From contig OZ024749.1 in NCBI GenBank assembly GCA_964016885.1, positions 40,858,001 through 40,922,000 of the forward strand: 64,000 nucleotides of DNA. The letters run 5' to 3'. Shown in pieces: positions 44,275 through 59,000 of this stretch. The position numbers were made by a program, and so were the translations under genes. The notes under the pieces were generated by a model that saw nothing but the letters and a program-made list of their open reading frames with translations, had not been told where the DNA came from and made no database searches. The stretch is from Eledone cirrhosa (lineage: Eukaryota). Each line of letters starts with the position of its first letter. Within the stretch, counting starts at the first letter, position 1.

Positions 44275-47200
44275 CTAAACATTTAAAAAAGAAAAATTTT
44301 TAAAAACACACACATTACATATATAAATATACACACGCACACACACGTTTAACCCTTTAGCATTTAAATTGGCCGTATCCAGCCAAAATTCTCTCACCTC
44401 TGTCTGTTCAAACTGGCCACTCATACTGATGTTATTGTTCTCAAAATAAATATCAAAATTTCGATTCAATTCAATTCAATATTATGAGATAATTATGTGG
44501 GGTAAAGCCTTTACTGTGAAAATATAATAGTAAATGCTAAAGGGTTAAACATACACATAATATCGACACACACATTTCACTTTGCGTTCTAAAATCATTA
44601 ACTACCTAACGGTTTGTCTTATTTACTTCCATTATTTTCCTTTTTTTATTTTACTTGGACTACCTTTTATTTTCTTTATCTATCCTTTGTCATCCTGTCT
44701 CATCACAACACTTTCATCCAACCTCAACATGTAACCACCATTTTATTCCATTTCTCTTCACAATATTCCTCACTAGTATTATTCCCATTATTCTCTATTT
44801 TCCTCTCCCTGAGTGATACTCTACTCATCTTCTTTCCAGCCTTTTCTGCTAACTAGTATTCTACTAACAAATGAAGGAGCCTTGATCTGATAGCTCAACC
44901 CATTAGAAATAGCAGCCAAATTTCCTTCAAATCACACCCCTAATTGGATAATGTGAACCTCATAAAAAGACAGTATAGCTAAACACCCAGCCATAAACCC
45001 AAATTTGGAATATCTGAAATGTTTTATGGTATAAAGTAAGAAAATGAGTATGACATGGTACAACTTACCCAGGCCAACAGATGTGGAGGTTACCACGATT
45101 TGTCCCATACACCAGTCCTGCTCCAACTTGGGGTAACCACTTGGCTGAATTCACACTGACGTGAGTTCTCATGTCAGCATCAACATAATGTGTTATGTCA
45201 CTAACATGCTGGTGGAAAAAACAAAAAAAAAAACAAGAAATCAACAAAATGAAATAATAAATGAAATTTACAGTTTACACTTGTGAGGTTCAGTTGACCA
45301 TTTAATTTCGAATGTAATATCAGCTTAACCCTGTAACATTTACATTACACTATATATACTATTGCATTTTCACAATAAATGCTTTATCTCATATCAAATC
45401 TTTGAGATTTTGATATAATCTATTTTGAAAACAATAACGTAACATCAGTATGAATGACCAATTATGGCCGGTTTGAACAAAAAGAGGTGAGAGAATTCTG
45501 GCCAGATTTGGCCGGTTTAAATACTAAAGGGTCAAAGTTAACTGCTTCAATGTAGTTTTATGACTATGAAAAAAAGTGAACACCATACAGTATCGCTTGT
45601 GGTATGTCCACTTTTTTCTGTCTTTAGGGGCTAATCTATGCCTAACTCATTCCACTATCATAACCTCACCGCATTGACAGTTAACTTTAAGCTAACATTT
45701 ATTCAAAATTCATAATTCGCTCAACGCACCTTAACCCTTTAGCATTTAATCCAGCCATATCTGGCCAGAATTCTCTCACCTCTTTCTGTTCAAACCAGCC
45801 ATAACAGGCCACTCATACTGATGTTAAGGTATTGTTCTCAAAATCTCATAGATACGATATTATGTGAGATAATTATATGAGGTAAAGCCTTTACTGTGAA
45901 AATATAATAATATATATAGAGAGAGAGTAATGTAAATGTTAAATATATTTCTAAAATTAAATTCTTCAATTAATTCTTACCTTCATTGACTGTTCTCCAG
46001 CAAATTCTTGACTCAACTGGTAAATCTGTGCTACCATCTGAAAAACAACAGCAATTACATTTCAGCATATTCTATGATTAAAACAATCCAACAACTAGTG
46101 TGATAAAAGCATTTCCCTTGCTAAAACACATGCTAACCATGTGAACCCCCATGCTAGGCCTAAATATGCCTCTTTGAGGCAATGTTTAACAGCTAGATGC
46201 CTTTCTTGGTGCTAACTCTTTTAGTCTCCTCTTATGACATGCAAGGATATTGTGTACCTATTCTAAATAATGTGATGGTCTATATTGAAATTTGATTAAT
46301 GTAATAGTAGTTGTTGTTGTTGTTTACCCCCAAGCTAGCCTTAATACAATAGAAATCTGATACAAGGTATTCCAGCTGAGAATCATACCTGGGAAATACC
46401 TCAGAAACCTGAGATACCTCATATGAGATCAATTAAACCTACATAGGTGTGAGCTGTAACAACATAATAGGACCAGAGTCCCTATCATTAAAACACCTGA
46501 GAAACCTATGAAATACAACCTTATATGAGGTCAATTAAACCTACATAGGTGAGAGCTGTAACAACATAATAGGACTGAGGTCCCCTACCATTAAAACACT
46601 AAGAAAGCTCCTATGAGATACACCCTAGTAGGAGCTGTAAATTTCATTTTAACTATAATAAAGTGGTAGGTTTAATCTGTTAGCTGGTTTACCACCACTA
46701 GCTGGCAGCTTCGATGCCTTTAACACAGTCTACTCTATGACAAGCATTTGGACCAGTTCTCTTCTTTTCATAGTCTTAAAGATCTTTCAAAGAGGTATAG
46801 TCTCTCTCTCCTGATTAATCATTCTTTTTTCATCATTTTACACTTATTTCCCTGTTGACATGAGTTGGGAGGATCATCATGGCCCACGACTAGACAGGTC
46901 ACAGAACCACATCTTGTTCATATGTTCCATTTTTAGTATGGTTTCTACAGTTGGATATCCTTCCACATGTTAAACACTTTACAGAGTGTACTGGGTGCAT
47001 TTTATCATGACACTAGCACATCTGTATAGAGTGTACCGAGTGTATTTTATTGAAGCACTAGATCTACCACTTTACAGAGTGCACTGGGTGCATTTTATCA
47101 TGTTACCAGCACAATGAAAAAATAGGATAAAACAAAAAACCAAAAAACAGTAATGATCGAAAGATGTACTAACCTGATTTGTAGTGAAAACCCAAGAAAT

Positions 47201-49882
47201 GCGCTTGGCTGCTAAACCCACTAAGACATAGTGATTCTTGGGTGAGATACTGACAGATATAACATTTGGACCTGAAGAGAGAAACATAAGTGAGTAGGAG
47301 GAGAGAGAAGAAGAGAGGAGGAGAAGAGATACGAGTGGTAAAGTGATGCTGAATGGGAGTGGAGATGATGTAAGGGAGATTTGGTTGCTACTTTTAGCAA
47401 ATGCAGAGGCTCCTCTCATAGTTGGGGGATCATGTGAAGATAAAGATGGTGGTGGTATATTAAAAATAGTAGTAATAGTGGTAGTAGTAGTAACTATGGT
47501 AATGATTGTTTCTACTTTTGGCACAAGGCCAGCAATTACCCCAGTGCATTACTGGTGCTTTATTTCTATCGACCCTACCGGGATTTGAACTCAGAACGTA
47601 AAGGGCCGTATTTCTATGCTTACAAAGCATGTTGTCTGACGCTCTGCCAATCCACCACCCATACTTTGGTAATAATTATGAGAGAGAAAGAGATGACTTA
47701 CCAAAACCCTTGGTGAACAAACACTGTCCAAGTGAATCTTCTTGCAGGGAGTAGACGGCTAAGACAGTGTCATCAGGGAATCCTCGATGTGTTGGTACAA
47801 ATGTTGCCAAGAGAGAACCATCTTGAGATATATCACAGCTAGCACCATTGTGTAGTTTACAGTGTGGAACTATCACATTGTCACTGACTAAAAATACAGA
47901 GGTATATACATTATATATATATATATATACACACAAGTATACATACATACATAAATATGTAGATAAATATATTGGTATATAGATACATAGAGAGATAGAC
48001 AAATAGATTGTGTGAGTGTGTGTATGTATATATATACACATACATCATCATCATCATCACCGTTTTACGTCCGTTCTTCCACGCTAGCATGGGTTAGACG
48101 GGTTGTCCTGTTGTGGGCAGTGTCTGGTCGGCTGACCATGCCTTGCTCATACAGGAACTGATCTGGCTTGATTTCTACAGCTGGATGCCCTTCCTAACAC
48201 CAACCTCATTTACAGTGAGTGGTGGGTGCTTTTTCATGGCGCCTACACGTCCACTTTACAGTGTGGGCTGGGTCCTTTTTTGCCGTGGCACCTCCACGAC
48301 CACCTTGCGGTGTGTGTGTGGGGGGGGGGGGGGGCATATTGTTTATATGCTTCAATGTATATATATACATATATACATATATTTATATATGTATGTGTGT
48401 ATGTATGTATGTATATATTTCACCTTGTTGTTTAACATCACTTTCCCTGTTAGCAAAAATTTGATAGGTTTTCAGAGACCACATTAGTACTGAAGCAGGT
48501 CTACTGACTCCCACACAGGCTCGAGGTCGGCATCTTGCTTACGTACAATCTCATGTTCTACTGAATACATCAGCACAAGTCCTCCAAACCCTTTGTTTAG
48601 CAATCTTTCTACAGTCGGATGCCCTTCTTATCACCAACCACTTTACAGCATGGGGCAGACAGTAGCTTTGATTAAGTTCTGACATGTCAGAAGAGAAAAA
48701 CAGTGATTATGGTAAAGGTGGTGATGACGGTAATGACAACGGTGATGAATTAAATAAGAGAAACTTTACTTACTATAAGTAAGGTCAGGAAGTTCCAACT
48801 TCTTAAAGTCCCACCGTTGAATGCGATGTGTCAAGTTGATAATATTAGTCGCAACAGCAATTTCACCTCTTCCCAAGAAAGCACCTAACAACGAACAAGA
48901 AAAGACATATAAATCAATCTAAAACCACAATTCATAGCCTTGCGGGGAAATTTTCCTCAGCTTTCTAGGGGCCAATTTTAAGATTCCCAAGGGGAAACTA
49001 TTTTCAGGTTGAAAAATTCATTGGCATTATTCTCATTGTGTTTGCTAAATTTATTTTCCTTTATGATGATTTGAATGATGTTAATCTTAAATTTTGATAA
49101 GGCTGTTGATGTTATGTAATAAACAGTATTATATACAACATTACTAATGTTATATTAATTGTTTCTACTTTTGGCACAAGGCCAGCAATTATCTCAGTGT
49201 ATTACTGGTACTTTATTTTATCGACCCCGATATTATATTAATGAAAGGCTGTTAATGTTGTGTAATATAGTGTGTTACATACAAGACTTAATATTAAATT
49301 AATATAAGGATATTACTCTTAAATAACAGTGTCGTATACAGGATTGCTCATGTTAAATTAATATAAGACGAGACCTACAAAATATATGATAGGTTGTAAA
49401 TGTATGTAAATGGAAGTGTGACCTATACAGAAGTATATATATAGTACTTTAGTAAATGACAATCAAAGAACTTGACCTTACAAACAGTATTTGAACTGAA
49501 TAGTAAATAAAAATAGATAATGAGAGGGAGAGGCAAGGGGAGAAAGGGATAGTGAGAGAAGGGGAGAGTAGTGAGAGAAGGGAAGAGAGCAGCAGTATAA
49601 AAAATGAAAATGTAACAAAAGAGAGAGTGAGAGAAAATATAAAACCATATAGAGTTTGGTTACAGCTTGGGAAAAGTTAGTGATTCATTTAGGAAATAAA
49701 CAGCATGCAAATCCCAATGTATTTGAAGAAAATCAACCAACTTTCATTCAAAACTGTTTAATCACTTACATTTTTTTCTAGCGCATTGTGATATATATAC
49801 ATATATATATATATATTGGAATTTCGTATTTCTTTAGAAATACGAAATTCCAATACATATCTGTATGCTCGAAGCTAAATTC

Positions 49883-49919
<37 letters not shown>

Positions 49920-49963
49920 CAATATAACTGTAATAACCCTATTAATTATAGCCTGAATAGACC

Positions 49964-50007
<44 letters not shown>

Positions 50008-53000
50008 TGATATAATTACCTGCAATAGCCCTATTAATAGCAGCCTGAAGAGTATCACTTGGGCGTGATGAAGCATCTTCTAAACTGCCTGTGTTTACGT
50101 AATGGTGGTGGATTTGACGCTGACGTAATCTCTGTAGAATCCGTTCCTGGAGTCGTAATAACCTGTCACCAAGAAATAGCATTCATAGTTAGGTGTGCAG
50201 CTAAACAAGATACAGTGTAACTAAAGAATAACAATCATTACTAGAAGTGCAGCCAAACAAGAGACAGCTACAATTCACAGCAAAGCTTCTAATGAGGAGC
50301 TGTAGTCATATCTATATTAACGCTTTGAACCTGGGACGATCTGATAAATTCCGACCTTACACACTTGCACCTCTCTAAGACAATGTCACTGGACTGAGAT
50401 CTTTGGCGCTACGCAGTAATACAGAAGACCCGCCTTGCCTATGTACAAAGCGAAACCTACTGCCAGTAGGCACCTCTTAACCAAATAAACACCCCAATCC
50501 ACTACCCCTACCCTATCCTCCCACCAACATCACCTTCTCTCTGTAAAGTTGGTACCACAACATCCAGTCCAAATAAATGAGATAATGAGATCGAGATTGT
50601 GTGTCACGACAAAAAGACACAGTCCACGCTGTGATGTGGCCGTGTAGGTAGCACAGTAAAAAGTTCCCAGTTCCACACTGTAAATGTGGTTGGTATTAGG
50701 AAGGGCAACCGGCCGTAAAAAAACCTGCCAGATAGTCCTATATGAGCGAGACACGGTCACCCGACCAACCTTGCCTCAAATGGGATAACTCCCGTATAAC
50801 CCATGCTAGCATGGAAGATGGACGTTAAACGAAGATGATGATGATGATGATCACCATATTTCTAATGAAAGACTTCACCCACGATTTTCAAATAATTTCG
50901 AAAAATAATCAAGAATTTGGAAAGGTTCAGTAATATAACTAACTTTCTCGTTATTAATCTGGGGCTTGGAACATAACTCAGACGTTCTTATATAAAGTTA
51001 TGATGGAAGGTTTTAGATAAATATAAAATCGCTTAGTCATCCCTGTAAGGTAGAAGTGCTAAAACCACAACAGAAAGCACCTAGTCCACTCTGTCAAGCA
51101 GATATTCTGATACCATGAGTCATGATAAAATGCTCCCAGTAGACACTGTAAAGTGGCTGGCATTAGGAAGGGCATCCAGCCATAGAAGCCAAACCCCAAA
51201 TGGTATTTAAGAGCAAGATGTGTTCACCTGACCAGCCTAGCCTCAGTATACAGCCCGTCTAATCCAAGCTATCATGAGAAACAGATATTAAACATGATGA
51301 TACCAAAAGGGTTAAATTTATCTTAAATATATGTTAAGATCATGATCATTGTTTTTATGTCTATTTTTTTCCATGTTTGGGTTGGATGAAACTTTTCTGG
51401 GGTAGTATTTTACAGCTGGATATTCTTCCTGATGTCAACACTAGTCTTCTTTTTTTAAAAGTAAGGCACCGATCTTCACATGTCAGACTACTGGTGTTAA
51501 AAGCAAAACGAAGAAATATTGACATTGAAGCATGCATGTATGTATGTATACAAGGCAGGCTTCATTCAGTTTACGCCTACCAAATTCCCCTTACAAGGTA
51601 ATAGTCGGCCAAAAGCTACAGTGGAAGACACTTCCTTAAGGTCCCACACAATGGGAGAGGACCCAAAACCACATGGTTGCAAAGCAAACCTCTTAACTAT
51701 TGAGCTGTGAAAGTGAAGTAAATACTTACTTGGTTTGTGTACTGACTTCTCGTTGTAAGTTACGAGATATCTCCTCACGGGCCTCCGTTGATAACCGAGC
51801 TGACTCATCTAGAAAACAAACACAAAACAGTTAGATGTAGGATTTTACATTCTTTCAATATTTTATTCATCATGATTCTAATCAATTTTACATGTTTTTC
51901 CTTGCTGGCATGGGTTGGACAAGGCATTTTTGAGGCAGCGTTCAATGATCAGATGCTTTTCTTGATGCAAACCAATACTTGTTTACTAAGAAATGGCTCT
52001 TCGTACATCTGATGCTGAGATACTAGACTTCTCTTTATGCAGGATGTTAACAAATACCATCGTGTCTTAGCAATATCAGAAAAGAGACAGACCCAAACAC
52101 ACACACATACTACCGCTTGTCTTAGCAATATCAGATACAAGGAAAAGAGGCAGACACATACATACACACATTGGACTTCAGTTTCATCTACCACAATCTC
52201 TACATGGTTACAGTAGAAGACATTTGCCCAAAGTGCAGCACAGTGGCGGTGGATAGTTGAAACCATGTAGTTACATGGTGAACTTAACCAGTCATGTCTG
52301 CACCTATACAGCATTAACTTCCACCACAAGCAGCTACATAGTTTGTCGATCTACTACAAATAGCAAAATATGTTGTTTACAACATATACACACATAATGT
52401 TTAAACATACACAAACAGTTGCTTATACATATGTACACACACAAGCATTAATTGCTTCCAGACACATACTGCATACATCATCATCATCATCAGCAACATC
52501 GTTTAACGTCCATTTACCATGCTTGCAAGGGTTATATGGATTATCATGTTATGAGACAAGTCAGATCAAGTGACTATGTCTTGCTCCTACAGATCTGTAT
52601 TCTGGCTTGGTTTCTACAGTTAGGATACCCTTCCTAACACCAACCACATTACAGTGTGGACTGGGTGCTTTATATACATATATATATATATATATACACG
52701 CACACAAGCATTAGTTGCTTACAAACACATAATACAGAGCACATCTTGACTAATAGTGTAATATTCATATTTCTAAGTATCATTACATATACAACCTAGT
52801 CCAAACTCATTTTAAATAGATGTTGGAGTTCTATCAGTTCTAATGATGTGTACAGAACAGCCTGCTCGTGAAATTAACATGCAAGTGACTGAGCATTCTT
52901 CAGATTCCTGAACCTTTGAGGGAGATTCAACGTGACACAATGTGTGATGAGGCACACCCTTTGACTTACAAATACAGGCTCATTTTTGCTAACCATTGAG

Positions 53001-56000
53001 CCACATACATCCGTTTTAACTCTTTAGCATTTAAACCGGCCGTATCCAGCCAGAATTCTCTCACCTCTTTCTGTTCTAACCAGCCACTCATACTGATGTT
53101 AAGGTATTGTTCTCAAAATATATATCAAAATCTCAGAGTCGATATTATGTGAGTAAAGCCTTTACCGTGAAAATATAAAACTAAATATAGAGTAATGTAA
53201 CTGTTAAAGGGTTAAACAATAGTTGAGTCAAGAGATATAAAAACAATATGTTAAAAAGATGCTTAGCAAGAAATGAGACTTACCTAGCGTACTACCACCA
53301 AAACTGGTACTGCCATTTGTCACGCCTCCAGGTAATGTAACCAACTGCTGCATATGCATGAGACGTTCATGACGCCGCAGCTGAGCAATTCCATCTAAAG
53401 TGTTGCGCACACTGCACACAAACTCATCGACATTGTGGTTAGCACTCCACCTCTCTAGATTCACAACCTCCCGCGACGGTACCTGCACTCTGGCCAGTCG
53501 TGCTGCACACCGTTGTTGCAATGATGCCATGCGTCGATCCAGCTCATCCAGTTCTTGATGCAGACGTGCAGTCACTTCAGTTATATCACAGGTAGCTGAT
53601 GCAACTGCACACAGTGTATCAAAGGCCTCGTTAGTCGCAGCACCTGGATTGTTGTTAACATTAACAATTGGTAGAGTTTCACTATTGGCAGAGGAGAAGT
53701 CAACGCTCTGAGGATTTTCCGGACGGCGGATATTGTGGGCAGAAGGCAACAGTTCTGGTCGGTCCCGTTGCTGTGGGAAACTCCGTCTGTTTGGGTGACT
53801 GGATTCTTCGTAAGGTGGGAGATCATAAATACTGGAGGATGTAGGCAAGTTGTTGGAAGAATCCAAATCGGCAGAGTACATTCTGGAAGAGTCCATATCC
53901 TCCCAGTTGAGTAAAGACAGGTTAGGATTAGAATCAGATATGGGGCATTGATTGGGAACATAGCTTGTGTGAAAGGACAGCTGTTGTGATGAGTGACCAG
54001 TGTGGGTCATGGAATGTGTGGGCTGGTGCTCAACACTGTCCTTATAACACTGACCTAATGATGACCTTCTGGAATTACTTTCTCTGGCCGTGTGACCAGA
54101 ACTTTGATTGAAATGAGCTGAAGATGAGGTGCTACTAGTGGAGGGCACAGGTAATCTGAAACGAGAAGATTTAGTGGGCCGATGGCTCTTTCGTGAAGTA
54201 CCTGAATCGGAGGTTGATTGTTTGGGGGCAGTGCTGCTGTCTAAGGAGATCGAACCACCGACAGTTGAATAACGTCCCACTAAAGAAGGATTCAAGTTTT
54301 CTCCAGAAGAATTTAAGAGACTCTGCGACTCTGTTGATGTACTTGATACATAATGTTTCTGTTCACATGCCACTTGGTTAGAATCAATACCACGATTGTT
54401 GCAATTATTGCTACTATTACTACTACTACTACTATTATTATGATTATGATTATTATTATTATCAGCAGCAACAGAGTGAGAGTTTCTGACAGAACAATGT
54501 TCGGGACGCTTTCTAGAGCTAGATTTGTCCTTTTCTGGAGAATGATGTCTAAGAAGAGCAGAGGCAAGTGGTGAAGATAGAGAGGAGGATGTGGAAACTG
54601 ATGAAGGACACAGCAGTGAGGAGCTGGAATATGTTGACTGAGCTGCTGGAGAAGAACTGCAAGAGAAGGCAGAAGAAAAAAATCTAGAATCATCTGTAGA
54701 TTTGGACAAAGTCGAGCTCAGAGTTGAACGAGTGGGTACTGAGGTTGTAGATGATGTCAGGGGCAGAAGAAGAGGCAAATTATTGCAGGAATCTTTGAGG
54801 GAGGAAGAAGAGGAAGGCGAACTATGTCGTGATGCAGAGGAAGAATAAATAGGTGCAGCGCTGGGCATGTGTTGACTACTTGTAGCATAAGATACAGATG
54901 TCGGAATACTATCGGAAGTAAGAGAGAAGTTTCCGGAAGGTTGACGCTGGGACAATGATGTAGAAGTAGAAGTATTAACATCAGTGGATGGGGCACTGGT
55001 GCAGCTAACGAGGGGGTCAACAGACTTTTGGGGCTGATTTGATTGTTTGTTTTCTTCGCAACGTGAACTTTTAGAACTGTTCTGCTCCTTACCAGCACTT
55101 GAACTCACCGAACACAATGGTTTTGTGGTGGTGGTTGTTGTTGACACTGATAAACTATTTCTCTTCCCCAGCGCAGAGCTGGTATGTTGAGATGTGTATA
55201 TCGCTTCAGTTGCAGTCTGTGTGGTACCAGTAATGCTCAGGGCTCGGCAAATTGAATGGAAAGCTGATTTCAGTGCTCCAGCCTGTCGCAAGCATGGCTT
55301 GGCTGAGCTGCTCGGATTACCTGCATCAGAATTTTCCTCACTTCCCTGAGTGGTTAGAAGAGGGCTATTATCACTACACGAACTGGTGCTAGGAACAGGT
55401 TGGTCACACGTTGAGGTCACACGAGGCTCAGCCAAGCTGGTAGAAGCTTCGGGATTAGAGGAGCTTTTTGAAAAACAAGGTAAAATATTAGCTGGCAAGT
55501 TGCTATTGCTATTATTATTATTCCTGCTAGTTGGAGGGGGGCATGGAATGGAAATGTGATCAGGCAAAGGTGGAGGTGGTGGAGAAATTCGAGAATTTGT
55601 TTGAATTGTGAAATTAGCAGGGAGAGAGGGAGAGATGCTGTTGGTAGTATCTTGCCTATACGTTGAACTCAGGGTCTCCAGAATTTGCAAGTTCATTTTA
55701 CAGGCATCCAAACGCTCCGACAGATTCTGGGGCAAGCTGTTGTTCATGCTAATAGACCTAAATGGAGACATCGAAGGCATTCGGCCTGAAGATGAGGTCG
55801 GGCGAGACTGCGCTTCAGAAAGTTCATTATTATTATTATTATTAGAGCTATTGGGAGTGGTTGAGGGGGATGGGATATAGCTGCTACTACTGTCGGTATC
55901 TATTTCATCACAGTTGTTGTTGTTTGGCATTAATCTAATAGAGACATTGGTACCTGCCACCGAGGATGGTGTTGTCACAACTGATACTGCTGCTGCTGTA

Positions 56001-59000
56001 GTAGTAGCAATAGCAGCAGTAGTAGTAGTAGTAGTATTATTAGTAGTAGTAATAGTCGTCGTACTAGAGTTACCAGCTCGACTTAATCCAGACTCCACTT
56101 CTGCAACATTAAATGCCGAAGTGACCAGACTGGTGTTGTTACTGGTGTTGGTGTTCTGAATTTCCGGAAAGAGAATTTCCGAATGTTCAGCAGACGACAT
56201 AGGAGGAGAAACTGGAGTAAAAGAGGAATTTATGTGAGTATTGCTACTGCTACCATTGAGACTGAGGGTATTGGAGCTATACGACGACTGAGACTGTTCA
56301 CTGCGGGCAAATTTATTTTTAATGTGGCCATCTTCGTCATTAGATGAAGAAGTCAAGAAGGGCCGTTTTAGGGAATTGGTTAAATTGAATAGTAGGTTTT
56401 TCTTAACTGAGTCCGTGTACTGGCTAAATGATTGCTTCCGTGACCAGACAGAAGAGTTTTTACCAGGCACAGACAATACCTGTGATAATGGTGCAGAGGA
56501 GTCAGAGTTCTTCATATCCTCTGTAGTCATCAGGGTATCAGTAGAGGCGGAGGCGGAGGCTAGACTAGGCACAGCAGGGAAAGTCTTGGGAAATTTCTTA
56601 AATGAAGACGAAGATAAGGATGAGGTGCTTTTATTCTTACCATAATAAGGTGTCTGATTAAGGCGACGAAAGGAGATTTTATTTGACTTGTCTGCACCAG
56701 GAATGGGAGAGGCAGCTGGCCATTTGTCATCGGCAATGGTAGCAGAATGAGAAGACGATGATGATGAAGTAGATGCCACTAGAGATGAAGAATTTATAGC
56801 AAATCGTTTCTCACTATAAACTCCATCATGTCCATTGGGGGTGGCACTGAGAGTAGGATCTGAAGAGAATCTGTGAGAAACTAAATCAGAAGATTTCTGA
56901 CTAGCTGAATGGCCTTCAGAATTGTCCGAAGATGTACAAGTACAAGTCCGACCAAAGTAATCAGAATATTTGGAAATCTTCCTACTTGATGAGTCCTTAC
57001 GTCCTCCAGATTGTGGACTATGGGATACTAACTTACATTTTGGACAGAACGACAACAATGGTGTTAATTCTGAACATGCACCATTGCCATCAGGTTTATT
57101 ATTACTATTATCATCATCATTTTTCTTGTTAATACTAGTACTGCTATTATTATTATTATTATTGTGTGGTGCTGAATTGAAAGCTTGTTGGTCATTAGTG
57201 TCGGAAGTGAAGGGGTCATTTGGATCAGGCTCTGACTGAATACTAGTGGTATTAGTAAGTGGGCGGGAGTGAAGTGTAGGGGAGGAGAAGTCTTTCTTGG
57301 ACATCATTGATGGAGCTTGCCCAGATGATGCTACTGATGTCAATTGTGATGATGACGAACTAGCCAAGGATAACTTAGCTGAAAGTGAAGAAGAAGAAGA
57401 AGAAGCAACAAAGGAAGTCATGAAAGGAAATATGTTTTCAGAAGTGACAGGGGTAGATACAGTACTATTGTTTTTGGAAATGTCCTCAATAGAAGATGAT
57501 GAGGATGATGATGATGATGATGAAGAGGCAGAAGATGCAGAAGAGGAGGTAGAGGATGGGGATGAGGACAAGGAAGATGGAGAAGTCTTAAAGTTTTCAG
57601 CAGATTCACCATTATTATTATTGTTGTTGTTGTTGTTGTTGTTACATTCGGGGCTTAAACTGGGTCCTGGAAAGGAATTGCTTAAATGGTGATTGTGCAA
57701 CGCTGAAGCAGATAAGTTATTAGAGGTGGAAGGGCCTGATGCAGTTGACTGAATTTTCATATTTGGACCACGACCAGGGCCACCACTACCACCACCGGTG
57801 GTGGTGCTGCTGCTGGTGCTGCTGCTGGTGCTAGCAGACTGAGAAGAAGAAGAAGCCAAGGAAGGTCTCATCATCCAAGACATTGGCAAGTCATTGTCGC
57901 TGCTGCCTCCTCCACTGTTTGAATGTTTGTAAAGCAGGCGCCTTCGGAAAGGTTGAGGAAGTGGTCTCCATGCCAACAACCGACAGGGACGGGAGAAATC
58001 AGAAGGGACTTGTCTATTTATGTTATCCGAATTTGTTGACCTGGGGTCTGCATAACTGCTACTACTACTACTACTACTGTTATTGTTATTACTACTACTA
58101 CTACTACTTCTACCTAGATTGGGTAGTTGGTGTTTGTCTGAGGGTTGTTGAGGGTCAGCACAATTAGAATTGGTCAACACAGAACTGGGCAAGGAATTCA
58201 GAAGGCCTGACCTTCTCATTGGCTGCTGTCTTTGGTTGCCGGCATAGCTGATGTCACTCTGAGGAGACGAGTCGGCTGGACTGAGGTTCAAATCATAGTC
58301 GGAGACTGGAGTGGATAAATTTACAGATGAAGACGACGACGCTGATGTAGAGGGTGCAGCAGTTGAAGTAGTGGCAGCAGCGGATCTTGTCGGGTTGTAG
58401 AAAGCCGAGTGATAAGACCCACCAATGAAGTCTTGACGCCTGCGAGGTCGGTCCTGCAGATTTTGAATGGAAAGGCGAGCATCATCAAGGGCCCCGCGCA
58501 CCACTTCAGAAATCTCAGCAGCATACTGACGGGCATAGCGAAGGTTATCTTCGTGCACTGGAGACTGCGGTGCTATCAGACTGACGTATGGTAACAGCTC
58601 ATCATCAAAGCCCATCGAAGGAGGAACAGAAGAGTCTGCAAAAAATACATGACTGGAATTTAGTTCTGAAAGACATACTAGTGACATCTGGTCAGTGGGA
58701 TACATTAAAGACATACTAGTGGCATCTGGTGACAATGTGATACATTAAAGATATAGTGACATCTGGTCACAGTTGTTATATAAGTGACATGATGAACATC
58801 CAGTTATAAGGTGTCGTATTAGTGACAAAGGACCTCATCTGGTCATAAAATGTCATATTAGTGACATGAAAGACAACATCTGTTCATAAGGTGTCATATT
58901 AGTGACATGAAAGACAACATCTGTTCATAAGGTGTCATATTAGTGACATGAAAGACAACATCTGTTCATAAGGTGTCATATTAGTGACATGAAAGACAAC

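Noticed and set aside
54353-58594. Plus-strand ORFs opposite the giant exon
   Set aside because: Antisense shadows of low-complexity codons.
53228-58735. 1835-aa ORF as a stand-alone gene
   Set aside because: Bounded by splice sites in phase with AMBRA1 exons; the ORF's ATG lies in an intronic repeat.
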